DNA of 64,000 nucleotides from Octopus sinensis (taxonomy: Eukaryota), in assembly GCF_006345805.1 (NCBI RefSeq), contig NC_043010.1, positions 37,820,001 to 37,884,000 of the forward strand, in the 5' to 3' direction. Made by a program: the position numbers and the translations under genes. The notes beneath the pieces were generated by a model. That model saw nothing but the letters and a program-made list of their open reading frames with translations, had not been told where the DNA came from and did no database searches. Below, piece by piece: positions 11,210 to 23,034 of this stretch (the first letter of the stretch is position 1; the number at the start of each line of letters is the position of its first letter).

Positions 11210-11380
11210 TATTCTTTTCTACTCTAGGTTCAAGGCCCGCAATTTTTAGGGAGGAGTTAATCGATTAGATCGACCCTAGTACGCAACTGGTTCTTAATTC
11301 ATCGACCTCGAAAGGATGAAAGGCAAAGTCGACCTCAGCGGAATTTGAACTCAGAACGTAAAGATAAACGAAATACTGGT
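11210..11380 (-). mobile_element. SINE family B
   Basis: GAAAGGATGAAAGGCAAAGTCGACCTCAGCGGAATTTGAACTCAGAACGT, with CpGs largely retained. Confidence 0.85.
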
Positions 11381-12314
11381 AAAATCATCCAGTCATACTA
11401 ATGGTCGAAATGTCTTGACTTTCCATTGAGGAAATGGCGTATGTACAATTGATGTTTTGATGGCGTAATTTTTATGATGTATTTAATTTAGTTGAATTGT
11501 AGTTTATAATGTTGCTAAAAGAAACGGAGCGATAGTTAAAAAAAAGTTAGGAAATCCCGGCTTACATTACCCAATCTTCAAAAGAGTGAGACACACGGGG
11601 AAAGAGAGAGAGAGAGAGAGAGGTGCACAGTTTACTACGGCTTAGGAAAAAATGCCACGAACAACAGACACTGTTTTTGCTTATTTGCATATCAGTCTAT
11701 TCGTTAGCCTCACGAATTTATTAACAAAAGTCCCGAGACAACGTGTTTTTTGATAACTTTGTAAATAATTTTGCGTGCGGATGTGTAATAAATATACATT
11801 TAGCCACGTTGTGTAAACACACACGGTCTTTCTCTCTCTCTAGGCTTTCTAAAGGCTGATGTATGTTTATTAGATATACGCACGTAAATTAATTTTACAC
11901 ACTCATAAACACGCACTCTTCTTTAAATAAAATGTAATGAAAAGAATGAGGCAGAGATAAACAGACTGATAGGCAGAGAGGTAGATATTAAGAGATAGAG
12001 AATAAGCATGAAAATACATGTCATGTACATGTACATATATATATATATATAAAGTGACGATGGAAAGAAAAAAAGAGACTTAGGGGAGAAAGAGAAAAAG
12101 AGAAATATGAAAATAGAGGAAAAGAAATATTAAAGTAGGGAGAGCAAAAAAAAAAAGTTTAATGATAGTAAGGATTATCAGAATGTGGGAACGAAAGAGA
12201 CTGAGAAGTTGCACATTTGATGTCAAATACAGTCATACATGAAGATAGAGAGGAAGATAGAATAAGAGAGCGAATAAACTAATAGAGTGACGGAATAAGG
12301 GAATAGAGAGTGAG

Positions 12315-13380
12315 AGAGAGACTAAGAGAGTTAGAAAGAGAAAGTGAAGGTGGGGAAGAAGTAGACGAGAACGAAAGAGGGTGAAAAAGAGAATTAGGGA
12401 GGGAACGAACAGAGAGAGAGAGAGAGGGGGGTGAGAGAAAGAGAAAGGAGTTAGAAATACAAGAAAGAATGAGAGAGAGAGAGAGAGAGAGAAAACAACT
12501 AGAAATACGAAAGAGAGAGAGAGTGAGCGAGAGAGAGCATACGTGAGAGAGAGAGAGAGAGAAAACAACTAGAAATACGAAAGAGAGAGAGAGAGAGAGA
12601 GAGAGTGAGCGAGAGAGAGCGTGCGTGAGAGAGAGAGAGAGAAAACAGTCACGAATACAAGAAAGAGAGACAGAGAGAGAAGCGAACAACAGACAGAAAT
12701 GGAAAGATAAAAACAGAGAAAGGGAGAGAAAAAGAAAGCGAAAAAGAGAGACCGAAAGAGAAAGAAAGAGATGAACAAGCACTAAGGTAGAGAGACTAAA
12801 GAAAAAGAAACTGAAAGAGAGAAAGATAGAGAAAGAAATAGAGAGAGAGAGAGAGAGACTAAGAGAGTTAGAAAGAGAAAGTGAAGGTGGGGAAGAAGTA
12901 GACGAGAACGAAAGAGGGTGAAAAAGAGAATTAGGGAGGGAACGAACAGAGAGAGAGAGAGGGGGGTGAGAGAAAGAGAAAGGAGTTAGAAATACAAGAA
13001 AGAATGAGAGAGAGAGAGAGAGAAAACAACTAGAAATACGAAAGAGAGAGAGAGAGTGAGCGAGAGAGAGCATACGTGAGAGAGAGAGAGAGAAAACAAC
13101 TAGAAATATGAAAGAGAGAGTGAGTGAGAGAGAGTGAGCGAGAGAGAGCGTGCGTGAGAGAGAGAGAGAGAAAACAGTCACGAATACAAGAAAGAGAGAC
13201 AGAGAGAGAAGCGAACAACAGACAGAAATGGAAAGATAAAAACAGAGAAAGGGAGAGAAAAAGAAAGCGAAAAAGAGAGACCGAAAGAGAAAGAAAGAGA
13301 TGAACAAGCACTAAGGTAGAGAGACTAAAGAAAAAGAAACTGAAAGAGAGAAAGATAGAGAAAGAGATAGAGAGAGAGAG
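12315..13380. repeat. GA-rich polypurine tract with a tandem duplication of about 530 bp
   Basis: ACTAAGAGAGTTAGAAAG at 12321 and 12858; ACTAAGGTAGAGAGAC at 12781 and 13310. Confidence 0.9.
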
Positions 13381-13740
13381 AGATAGAGAGATAGAGAGTA
13401 AATAAGAAAACGAAAGAGAAAGAAGGGGAAGGAAGAACTACACGATCGATTGGTGGAACTCTTCAGTTGATGGTGTACACATTCAGTCGTCTGATGAAGT
13501 GGCAATACACAAGTGTCGGCCACTCACTTCACCTAACAGTGATACATATATATATTTATTTTTTACTTCCTTCCACTACTAGATCACCTATATATAATTT
13601 TGGGGGTGGAAACTTCTACCCTTAATCTGTCCTATTTTGTTGTTGTTATTACCTTAGTTATTTCTTTTCTCTGCCCTTCCATTTACTTTCTCCTTCGAGT
13701 CCCTCCCCCCTCATCTCTTCTCTGTTGTTGCACGATATAG

Positions 13741-13824
13741 TTTCAACTGGTTATGTTACACTATGCGGTCCGGTTGACTGTGACAGCCTGTTCTGCTCCA
13801 TACATCTATCTAGCCATGATATAG
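13741..13824 (+). other. Candidate 84-nt exon (phase 1-1 reading STGYVTLCGPVDCDSLFCSIHLSSHDI, or non-coding)
   Basis: Long polypyrimidine tract, ATAG acceptor and a consensus TAG|GTAAGT donor in unique sequence; no homology recognised. Confidence 0.3.
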
Positions 13825-14007
13825 GTAAGTCCATGAACATATCAACTCTTCTATTTTCTTTTATATTCGTTTTTCATTCTTGTACTCTTTCATATATATA
13901 TACAGATTCATAATTCTTAACGCTCGCTCTTTCATCCGTGCTTTCTCTTCGTATCTTACTGCTGAATATGTATGTATACGTTGGGAATGAATATATACAT
14001 ACATACA

Positions 14008-14045
<38 letters not shown>

Positions 14046-17000
14046 CCCGTCAGTAACAGGCTTACACGTCAACGAGGTGTAGAAATAGCAGCCACTAAAA
14101 TTTACTTCAAATCTCACCCTAACGTGTGTTAAAAGAAAATAAGAAAATGAAAAGGAGAACCACATTGGACAGAGTAGACCTAGCAGACCTGTGCTTGAAA
14201 TCAGGATGGGATGGTCATAACTGGAACGCTTTTGGCGATAGGTCTGCTCAGTTGGGAGTGCACTTGGGGCTAAAACAACAAACCAGAGAGTCGTCTCAAC
14301 ATGATCGCTCGATTTGTTAGAAATAACAGCGAAATCTCTCACAAATTTCATCGCTGCTGTTTTTAAAAAAGAAGAAAATTTCACATTTGAGAAATAATGT
14401 AGTTTTAGATGAAAATGGGATGGTCACATTTGAAATACATTTGACCAAAGGTGTACTTGATCACGGCTTACCTGAGGCTAAACATGAAATGTTTGCAATA
14501 ATGTCAGACACAATAGTATTTTGGGTGCGTGCTGTTCTTTCTAGCACAAAGCTATTTTTCCTTTATAAGTTATGTGTTATCAATCAATCCAGTTGATTCT
14601 CTTATCCCGAGTATATTACAATGATTTATTGTCATCGATACCCTGCCGACGGAGGCCTGATTTGAGAGGGCGTGTGTAGTGAGTTCAGAGCATGGTGTGT
14701 CGACACCGAATATAAGGAAGTCGGTCCAGAGGTGTATGGCTTCTACCAGTAGTCCTACCTTTCTGTATGAGCCAATGAGGGAACCTGAACATAGTCGTTC
14801 GGCATGTTAGAAACAACAGCCAAATCTTTTTCCAAATCTCATACTATCTTCTTAAGCATTTCTTAAAAATATTTCTTATGATATACATAGTCTAGTCGAT
14901 TCTGTTTATTTCAGATATGACTGAAAATTTGGTAGAATAACTTTTTTTTTAAATATTTTATTTAATATTATGAGAGAAGGTTATGTTATAAATGTGAACA
15001 TCTATACAATGAGAAGTTTTGTATCGCACAACCAACCAGAGGCAGCCAGTCTGAGTCGGGTTGTTTATCGAAAGGAAGTAGTGGTGGGGAGATAAATGAG
15101 ACGTTAGATAACACACATCCTAGACGAGCCCCAACAACCGAGATGGTCATGATCAGAGCGCTTTTGGTCGTAAGGCTATGCTATCAGAACTATCCTAGGA
15201 TTAAACAATAACCACACTATTCATCCTTTATGAAAATTATATGTGTGCACGCACACTAACTCTTAACACACACACATATGAGCGCATACACACGTATGTG
15301 TGTGTGTGTACACATACATGTCTAGAACGGAGGAGGGGTAGGATGGCAGAAACGGTGGAGCATTGGACAAACGCACAAAAATGTCTTGCAGTATATAGTT
15401 ACTTCCCTTGCTGTCCCGAGTTCAAATCCCGTCGGAGTTAGTTTTAATCCATAGAGATCAATCTAATTGTCTGAAATCCATTCTCTACAAATTGTAGCAT
15501 TTATACCGAAGTTATTGCTATTATTGACTGTCTGCAGTCTCTAGCCTTACCAGTAATATTCGCGGACTTGGAGCAGTCCTTTGGTCGATATTATATATGC
15601 ATATAACTCTGTTTCTATATAAGAAATCATTTTTATAAATCAAAAAGATGGTTATTAAAATAATCTTTTGCAGTTTCGAATCCTATATAAAGACAGTTAA
15701 TGTCCTTGAGAAAAGCAGGCATGAACGTCACGAAATCTTATTTCTCCTTATCTTATAAATAGATGTTCTTTACCTTTTGTGTAATACCGCGCATATCCTG
15801 TATTCTAAATCGTACTGTTTAGGAAAAATGTTTTGGATTTCAATTAATTTCCACTCCTACAAGCTTTCTATTTAGACCCATAGCTGTCTTTCTGAGTAAG
15901 AAAAAAAAAAAAAAAAAAAAATAACATTGTTACGTTTGCTATATTCGTTTTGCAAGATTCTTGATGTGAAATCGTGTGTTGAAACAGATATTGCTGTATT
16001 TAGGGATGGTCATGAATCTGTTGTAAGAGGCGCGACATTTCACTGTACACACTAACATTGTTGTTATTATTTAAGGCCGCTAATGTAGAGTTTGCCTTTT
16101 ATCCTTTTGGGGTCGGTCAAAATAAGTACCAGTCGAGCACTAGGGGTTGATGTAATCAACTTGCCCTCTCTCCTGAAATTTCTGGCCTTGTGCTTATAAT
16201 AAGGATTATTATTATTATTATTAGATGAAGCGCCAAATTAACTGACTCGCAGTTTTGTCTTGCTACGACGACTATAGTTCAGCTCCTTTCAGGGTCGCGA
16301 CTTTACCATTTCACCTTGCCACAGGTGTTTAGAATGTGTACCAAATCATGTAATGGGTTGATTCAATCGACTGCGTACCCCATCCCTGTCCCAGCAAGTC
16401 TACGGCCTTTGTGGTTAACCGAAAATAATTATCATCATAATTGCTATTATATTTCATGGCAGAACCAGTAGAGCGTCAATCCACCATCCCGCTCTTATAT
16501 TTGGGTTCTTTTCTCGACCAGCTCGATCGTGTCCCCCCAGGAGCCGATAGAATGAATATCAGCTAAATACTAGGGGTTCGATTTAACCGATTCTTCTGCC
16601 TCTGCTACCTTTAATTTATAATCTTGTACGTACCAAAGTTTGAAATAGGCATAATTTAATTTGTTCTGGGTGTTTAAATTTTTGACAGTCTATCATTATC
16701 TGTGCCGGGTCGCGGTACCATTATAGGAGCAATTTAGTTAATTGACTGTATGTACCCTTCTTCTATATATATGTATGTCCTTGCACCAATGTGAGGGAAT
16801 TCCGTCATTGTCCCTTTTCACATTCTGACTTTGAAATAGGTACAGTATATACACAGAAACATGTGTGTGCGTGTTTCTTTCACCAGTTTCCTTAGACGGT
16901 ATATGTATGTATATAATGTATGTATGATCGTTAATGTGTGTTTAGTGTTTAATCATACACACGAACAATCGAACATTAACTGAACGAGCACTCAATGCAT

Positions 17001-17639
17001 GCATTTCAAGTAAAATATCAAATTTATTTTTACAAACAAAATGTTGAAATTCACTTCGGATTAACATCGTCACACACACACACATAGATAAGTACATTCA
17101 TATAGATAACAGGCGTTTTTGAACTGGGGTCAGTTAAATCGGTTACACCGTTCTCCCAAATATTTGGCTTTCTGTCTGTGTTAAAAACGATTTATGCTTA
17201 TTGCTGAGATCGTTACAGAAATTAGTTGATCCTGATCCCACAAATTTGCACTCAAAGATGTTCTAGACATGAAACAACGCCGTTCGATCTACCCCTCATT
17301 ATTATATTAGAGACTGCCAAGCATCTTTTGAGGGAGATTTGGTTGATATTTCTAATAAGTGGAACGACTGCGTGACACCTCTCTCTCTCTCTCTCGTTGG
17401 CTGGACAGAAATTATTATTGTAAGGATAATTGGTTGAATCGGTAACACATCGAACTAAATAACCCGTATTAAAACTATGCTCCTTCTCGTTCTGTGTTCA
17501 AATCCCGCCCGTATATAGACCTCACCGTCCATTCATCTTGCTGGGCTCGGTGAAATAAATATCGGTTAATTTTTTCAGTCAGTTTAATTAATCGACTTTC
17601 CTCTGGCCCCTATGTCTCATATAACACCTTCGTTTATTT

Positions 17640-18370
17640 TTAGTTATGAATATTTTTTTATACGTCGAAATGTAGAGGAGGTTAGCTTCCGGCGATCTCT
17701 GTCTGTAACCGAGTTTTATTAACCGTTCGTGGCTCTGTCTGTCTATCACACACTCTCTCTCGGTGTGTGTGTATGCGTATATATACACGTGTATATAAGG
17801 CGGCGAGCTGGCACGAAATGCGTAGCCGTATTTCGTCTGCCGTTACGTTCTGAGTTCAAATTCCGCCGAGGTCGACTTTGCCTTTCATCCTTTCGGGGTC
17901 GATAAATTAAGTACCAGTTACGCACTGGAGTCGATGTAATCGACTTAATCCGTTTGTCTGTCCTTGTTTGTCCCCTCTTCCTTTAGCCCCTTGTGGATAG
18001 TAAAAAATAGGTATATATACACGTGTATGTCTATGTATGTGTGCATACATATACACACGTGTGTGGATGTGTGAGTTATGTTGTTTAACCCTCATGTCAT
18101 GTAGACTTATCATCAACGGTATTCAATAACAACCATCCCGTCTATTTTCCAGTATCTATCCCTACCTAATACAATGTCCTTTTTATATGGTGGTACGTTG
18201 CGTTTTGTGGGATATTTGGCTGCGTAATTATACCCCAAAACATGGTCCTGCAGCAAAGATCTCTTACAAAATCGTCTTGTTTTACTGATAACTTGAGCGC
18301 CAGCATTCGTCGGACTGTAAATGCTACGTAGTCGAAACTTCGAAGTGACAGTCACCCTTCTCGTAAAAAA
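17640..18370. promoter_or_regulatory. CpG-rich candidate promoter/first-exon region (contains a SINE at 17799-18008)
   Basis: Unique CpG-dense blocks at 17640-17770 and 18110-18365; ETS-type CTTCCGG at 17686-17692; lies at the edge of the CpG-depleted domain. Confidence 0.3.
17799..18008 (+). mobile_element. SINE family B, young copy with CpGs intact
   Basis: GGCGGCGAGCTGGCA..GTTCTGAGTTCAAATTCCGCCGAGGTCGACTTTGCCTTTCATCCTTTCGGGGTCG. Confidence 0.9.
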
Positions 18371-19129
18371 TATAATAAATACAGTTTCCTGAGAAGTATT
18401 GAGTATTCTTCCAGTTTGGTCTTGTACACAGTGATTGGTGTGTGGTAAGAAGCTTGCATCCCAACCACATGGTCCCGGGTTCAGTCCCAGTCGAGCTAGT
18501 GCTTCTTATTGTAGCCTCAGGCCGACTAATGCTTTAAGAGTGGATTTGGTAGACAACCGATGTTGGCAGGTTTGCGTCCTTGTTACTTAGCCGCTCGGCA
18601 AAAGGTAACTTACAAAAATAAGTCCTGCGTTTGATTTTTTTCGACTAAAAACTCTTTAAGGCGGTGCTCCAGTATGGCCGTAGTCAAATGACTGAAACAA
18701 GTAAAGGAATATATATGGCTACAACTCACTTTGGCTCTGGGTTCAGTCCTACAATGTGGCACCTTGAACCAGTGTCTTCTAATGCTTTTGGTCGACCAAT
18801 GCTTTGTGAGTGAATTTGGTAGGCAGAAACTGTGTGGAAACCCTTTGTGTATGTGTGTGTATATAAGTATGTGTTTATGTATTTGTTCCCCCGTCACTGC
18901 TCAGGTGTTGGTTTGTTTATATCTCAATAAGCTAGCAATTTGGTGAAAGAGACCGATATGATAAGCTAGTACTAGACTTTAAAACAATAGGGTGGTGCCC
19001 CAGCATGGCCGCAGTCCAGTAACTGAAACAAAGGATGAAAGAAAGGTGTGGGTGGGTGGATTGGTGAGTGTGCTGTGGGGTGATGGAATGACATTCCTGA
19101 ATCAGCGGTAGACTTATACTCTTTTCCCT

Positions 19130-19530
19130 CTCTCTTTTACTTGTTTCAGTCATTTGACTGCGGCCATGCTGGAGCACCGCCTTTAGTCGAGCAACTCGAC
19201 CCCGGGACTTATTCTTTTTGTAAGCCCAGTACTTATTCTATCGGTCTCTTTTTGCCGAACCGCTAAGTGACGGGGACGTAAACACACCAGCATCGGTTGT
19301 CAAGCAATGCTAGGGGAACAAACACAGACACACAAACACATATACATATATATATATATATACATATATACGACAGGCTTCTTTCAGTTTCCGTCTACCA
19401 AATCCACTCACAAGGCATTGGTCAGCCCGAGGCTATAGTAGAAGACACTTGCCCAAGGTGCCACGCAGTGGGACTGAACCCGGAACCATGTGGTTGGTTA
19501 GCAAGCTACTTACCACACAGCCACTCCTGC
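19130..19530 (-). mobile_element. SINE family A, near full length, young
   Basis: Complete reverse complement of the family A pattern. Confidence 0.9.
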
Positions 19531-19980
19531 GCCTTATGTGAAACATCTATAAAAAGATCCTGTCACTCTCCTCCTCTCTCAATGATTTATGTTGTCATCC
19601 TCTCTGCATCCCACCCTCTGTTTCTTTAACAACAGCTTCATTTCGTTGTTTTATTGTTTAGTTGCTTTGATAACAAAACAACACACAAGTCTCTCTCGCC
19701 CACTGATATGTGTGAGTATATATACACACACATACATCAGGGGAAGAAATAGATGTATCCTACTCAGGCCCAGAAAATGTCTCCATACATATACATGTAT
19801 ATATTGGATTTTTATTATCTCATTCTGTTAATTTTCATATATATATGCATGTTACTACACAATCTACATTGGACTCCTCATTTGTATCATTATCAAACCT
19901 GGAGCTTAACTATAGTCTGTCCATAGCACTTACTCAGTATTACCTGACACCTTTGGCTCTGCTTGACACCAATACCTCTC

Positions 19981-20045
<65 letters not shown>

Positions 20046-20185
20046 GTATGGAGACATTCTCTGGGTCTGGGTAGGATATATCCCCTCTATATCATATCAT
20101 ATTTGTACCTAGCCTGTTAGACTCAAAGTGTATAGGTCTATTTAATTGTCAAGTACAATGGAATAAAGCCATGCCAATATGTATG

Positions 20186-20229
<44 letters not shown>

Positions 20230-20659
20230 TTACTTGGAAGAGGATGCATTGTGCTTAATCATATAATAATAATATAAATATATATATGCATATATACATA
20301 TGTATATGTACATACTTACATCTACATGTATATATATGCATATGTGGGCACAAGACATCATGAAATGTGTACAACAAAAAATACAAAGTACGAGTACATG
20401 GAATATGAACTATTTTTTCGAACAACGAAAGACACAAATGGAAAACAAGACAAACCACATAAAGAACAACCCTTCATCAGTTGTTGGCTGTTTTTCTACT
20501 TTTGTATTTCAAGTATTTAACAAAAATAGTTCATATTCCATATGCCCAACTAACCTTACTATACTGTGTAGTCAACAATATCAGAATTAAAAATATAAAA
20601 TGGTAACACTTTACCCATTGCACCCTGAATATATGTATGTATATACATATTTATATATA

Positions 20660-20935
20660 TATATATATATGTGTACATACAGAGGTAGTGTTTTCAGTCG
20701 TGTTTGTTTGTCTGTGAATATCTCAAGAACCATTGGATGGATTCGGATGAAACTTTTAGGGATGTTTAGCTTCATGACTGGCACAAACTGATTAGATTTT
20801 GGGATCGATCTGGTACCGGACAAGGACAAGGATTCTGGATTATTTTTCTTGTTTTATTTTTACTTCATTTTTGAGAGTGGTTGGGTTTATTTTTAGTATT
20901 CTCATTTTTGCGCTCTTTGAGTGCTCTTGTTTACA
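20660..20935 (+). mobile_element. Probable Helentron-associated non-autonomous element fragment
   Basis: GTTTGTTTGTCTGT..GAACCATTGGATGGATTCGGATGAAACTTT block typical of DINE-1/HINE-like elements, and a 3' GCGCTCTTTGAGTGCTCTTGTT end. Confidence 0.45.
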
Positions 20936-20946
20936 AATATATTTAA

Positions 20947-21167
20947 CCGTTTAGTATTCAGATTACATTGTCAAATGTAATGCTTGTTCATTCACCTTCT
21001 TTTGAAATAATCTGGTGTTATTTTGTATCTTTGAGATTTCAGTGATGTGATTGTTTATTATTGAAACAACATTGTAGGGTAGGTGTGAGAGGCTTGATCT
21101 AGTCATTTTGCGTGTAAAGCAGGTAGAATATTTTGGGTTGGATACGGCCACTTTAAATGCTAAAGGG
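20947..21167. mobile_element. piggyBac-like MITE
   Basis: TTAA-CCGTTTAGTATT ... AATGCTAAAGGG; a related partial copy ends at 51060 with GGG-TTAA. Confidence 0.55.
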
Positions 21168-21207
21168 TACAAACAAACTTTGAAGCACCAAGTGAGTTGA
21201 TATTTTA

Positions 21208-21504
21208 CAGAAAATAAAGGAAGTCTTAAATACAGAATAGCTGTAAAAACAGCTTAAAAGATCAGGTAAATAGCCTTAGAAGATAGTAAAAAGTGGATGC
21301 AGGAAGTTACTACAGGGAATCGAACCCTGTACCTCAGTTACTTAGTTTAATGGATTAGAGTGCTCAGCAGGAATTTAAAAGGTATGGGGTTCAATTCTCT
21401 GTAGTAACTTACTGGCAACTGTTTGCTGTTTTTTGGGAGTGTTTACCTCTTCTTCTAAGTTCTTTCCACAGCTATTCTGCACTTGAAACTTCCTTTATTT
21501 TCTG
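21208..21504. mobile_element. Palindromic MITE-like element with a tRNA-like centre
   Basis: Termini CAGAAAATAAAGGAAGT / ACTTCCTTTATTTTCTG, long diverged arms, and B-box-like motifs on both strands in the centre; copies at 31039-31324 and 31863-32148. Confidence 0.65.
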
Positions 21505-22554
21505 GTATATAAGCACATACTGTTTACATAAAAATATGTTTATATAAATATAAGTTGTTGTTGTTCATGGTATCTCACTATACAGCATAGCATGGGCAAA
21601 CTGCCTTCTCCTGTAACTCTTGAGTTAAGCAATATCCTGCGAGTGGAATTTAGTGGATAGAAATTGTGAGAGCATATTGTGTATGTGTGTTTATATCCAT
21701 CTTATGCTCACTGGTGTGTCAGGTCATGTTCTCCTATGTCACAGCGTGACTTGATGATTCAGTGAATTTAGATTGCTAAAATAAATGTTAGACTGAAACA
21801 AGTACTTCATAAGTATCATGTGTTATGATTGACTGAGAGCCTTGAAAGTAGTGCTCCAGCATGACCATATCGATGACTGCAATCACAAAATAATGTAAAA
21901 AAAAAAAGATGCATAGCTCCACAATACCTACACTATATAGAATACCTGACTTATTACTATAGGGTTGTTCATTAACACTTATTAATATAGGGTTGTTTAT
22001 TAGCACTCACAAACCTCTGATCAACAGTCATGTTGTCTTATGCTTCATCTTCACTCTGACTCATCCAACTAACATATCTCTCCTCCTCTCGTTACCCAGA
22101 TTGCTTGTCTCCTCAGGCACCAGACAGAATACTTCTTCCTCCTTCCCATTCTTTTCTCTCCAAAACACCAAAGTTTTCATTTGAGCTCTCTTCTTGTCTC
22201 TACCGTTCAAGGAAAACATCAGCCATTTCGATCTCATAGCAATTACTAAACAAAACCTCTCACCAGAAGTGTGTAAAATCTAAAAAGTCAACAAACAAGG
22301 GAGATAATTGTAAGAAGATCAGTCAATTGAAACTTATTTATAACTGTGTGGTTGAAAAGAGTTTGCCTTTCTATCATATTGTTTCTGATTCAGTTCTTCA
22401 GTTTTACTACATGACTCTGAGCTAAACACAGCTTTGTGAGTGGATTTGGTAGATGAAAACTCAAAAGAAACCAGCATGCACATATATATATATAACTGAC
22501 GTTAAACGATGATGATGATGATGATGATGATGATATATATATATATATGATAGA

Positions 22555-22735
22555 TTGCTAGCCACAAAACCTTTTTTATTTTCTCTCCCTGGTTATTTCT
22601 GTGTTCCTTTCTGTTGAAGAGCGTAGGCTCAAAACGTAAAAGACTTTCTCACTTCCTGAGCGTTAAACTAATACATCTTTTTGTTGTTTACACACCCATC
22701 TGCATATTTTGTTTTTTTGTAAATTATCGCTATAT
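22555..22735 (+). mobile_element. Short Penelope-like repeat with a decayed hammerhead motif at 22606-22642
   Basis: CCTTT CTGTTGA A GAGC GTAG GCTC AAAA CG TA AAAG; flanked by (TA)n. Confidence 0.55.
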
Positions 22736-23000
22736 ATATATATCTGTTTGAATGTGCTTGTTCCTCCTTTTCCTTCATGTTGCTTGATAGTTGTGTTGTC
22801 ATTGTCATACAAGTGGCGTTAATTCTAATCTTCGACTGAAACCTGTTCAGTCATGGGGAAATATTACTTTGCTTGGAAACAAGTGAGGTGGCAACAGGAA
22901 GTGCATCTGGCCATAGAACATCTACTTCAACAAATTCTGTCTCACCCATACAAACATAGAATTGGATGCTAAAACAATGATGAGGATTTTTATACAATAG

Positions 23001-23034
23001 AGATTGAAATGGATCCGGTTTCTAAAGCCAACTG
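23001..23034 (+). other. Candidate micro-exon (reading EIEMDPVSKAN)
   Basis: TTTTTATACAATAG acceptor and strong CTG|GTGAGT donor; no homology. Confidence 0.2.

Noticed and set aside
12279-13307. 342-aa ORF, the longest in the window
   Set aside because: Translation of a stop-poor (TC)n-rich strand; only S, L and F, with a duplicated block
13490-13526. Hammerhead in CTGATGA-AGTGGC..GCCACT (also CTGATGA at 10977 and on the minus strand at 20474)
   Set aside because: No GAAA follows the hairpin; at most a dead relic
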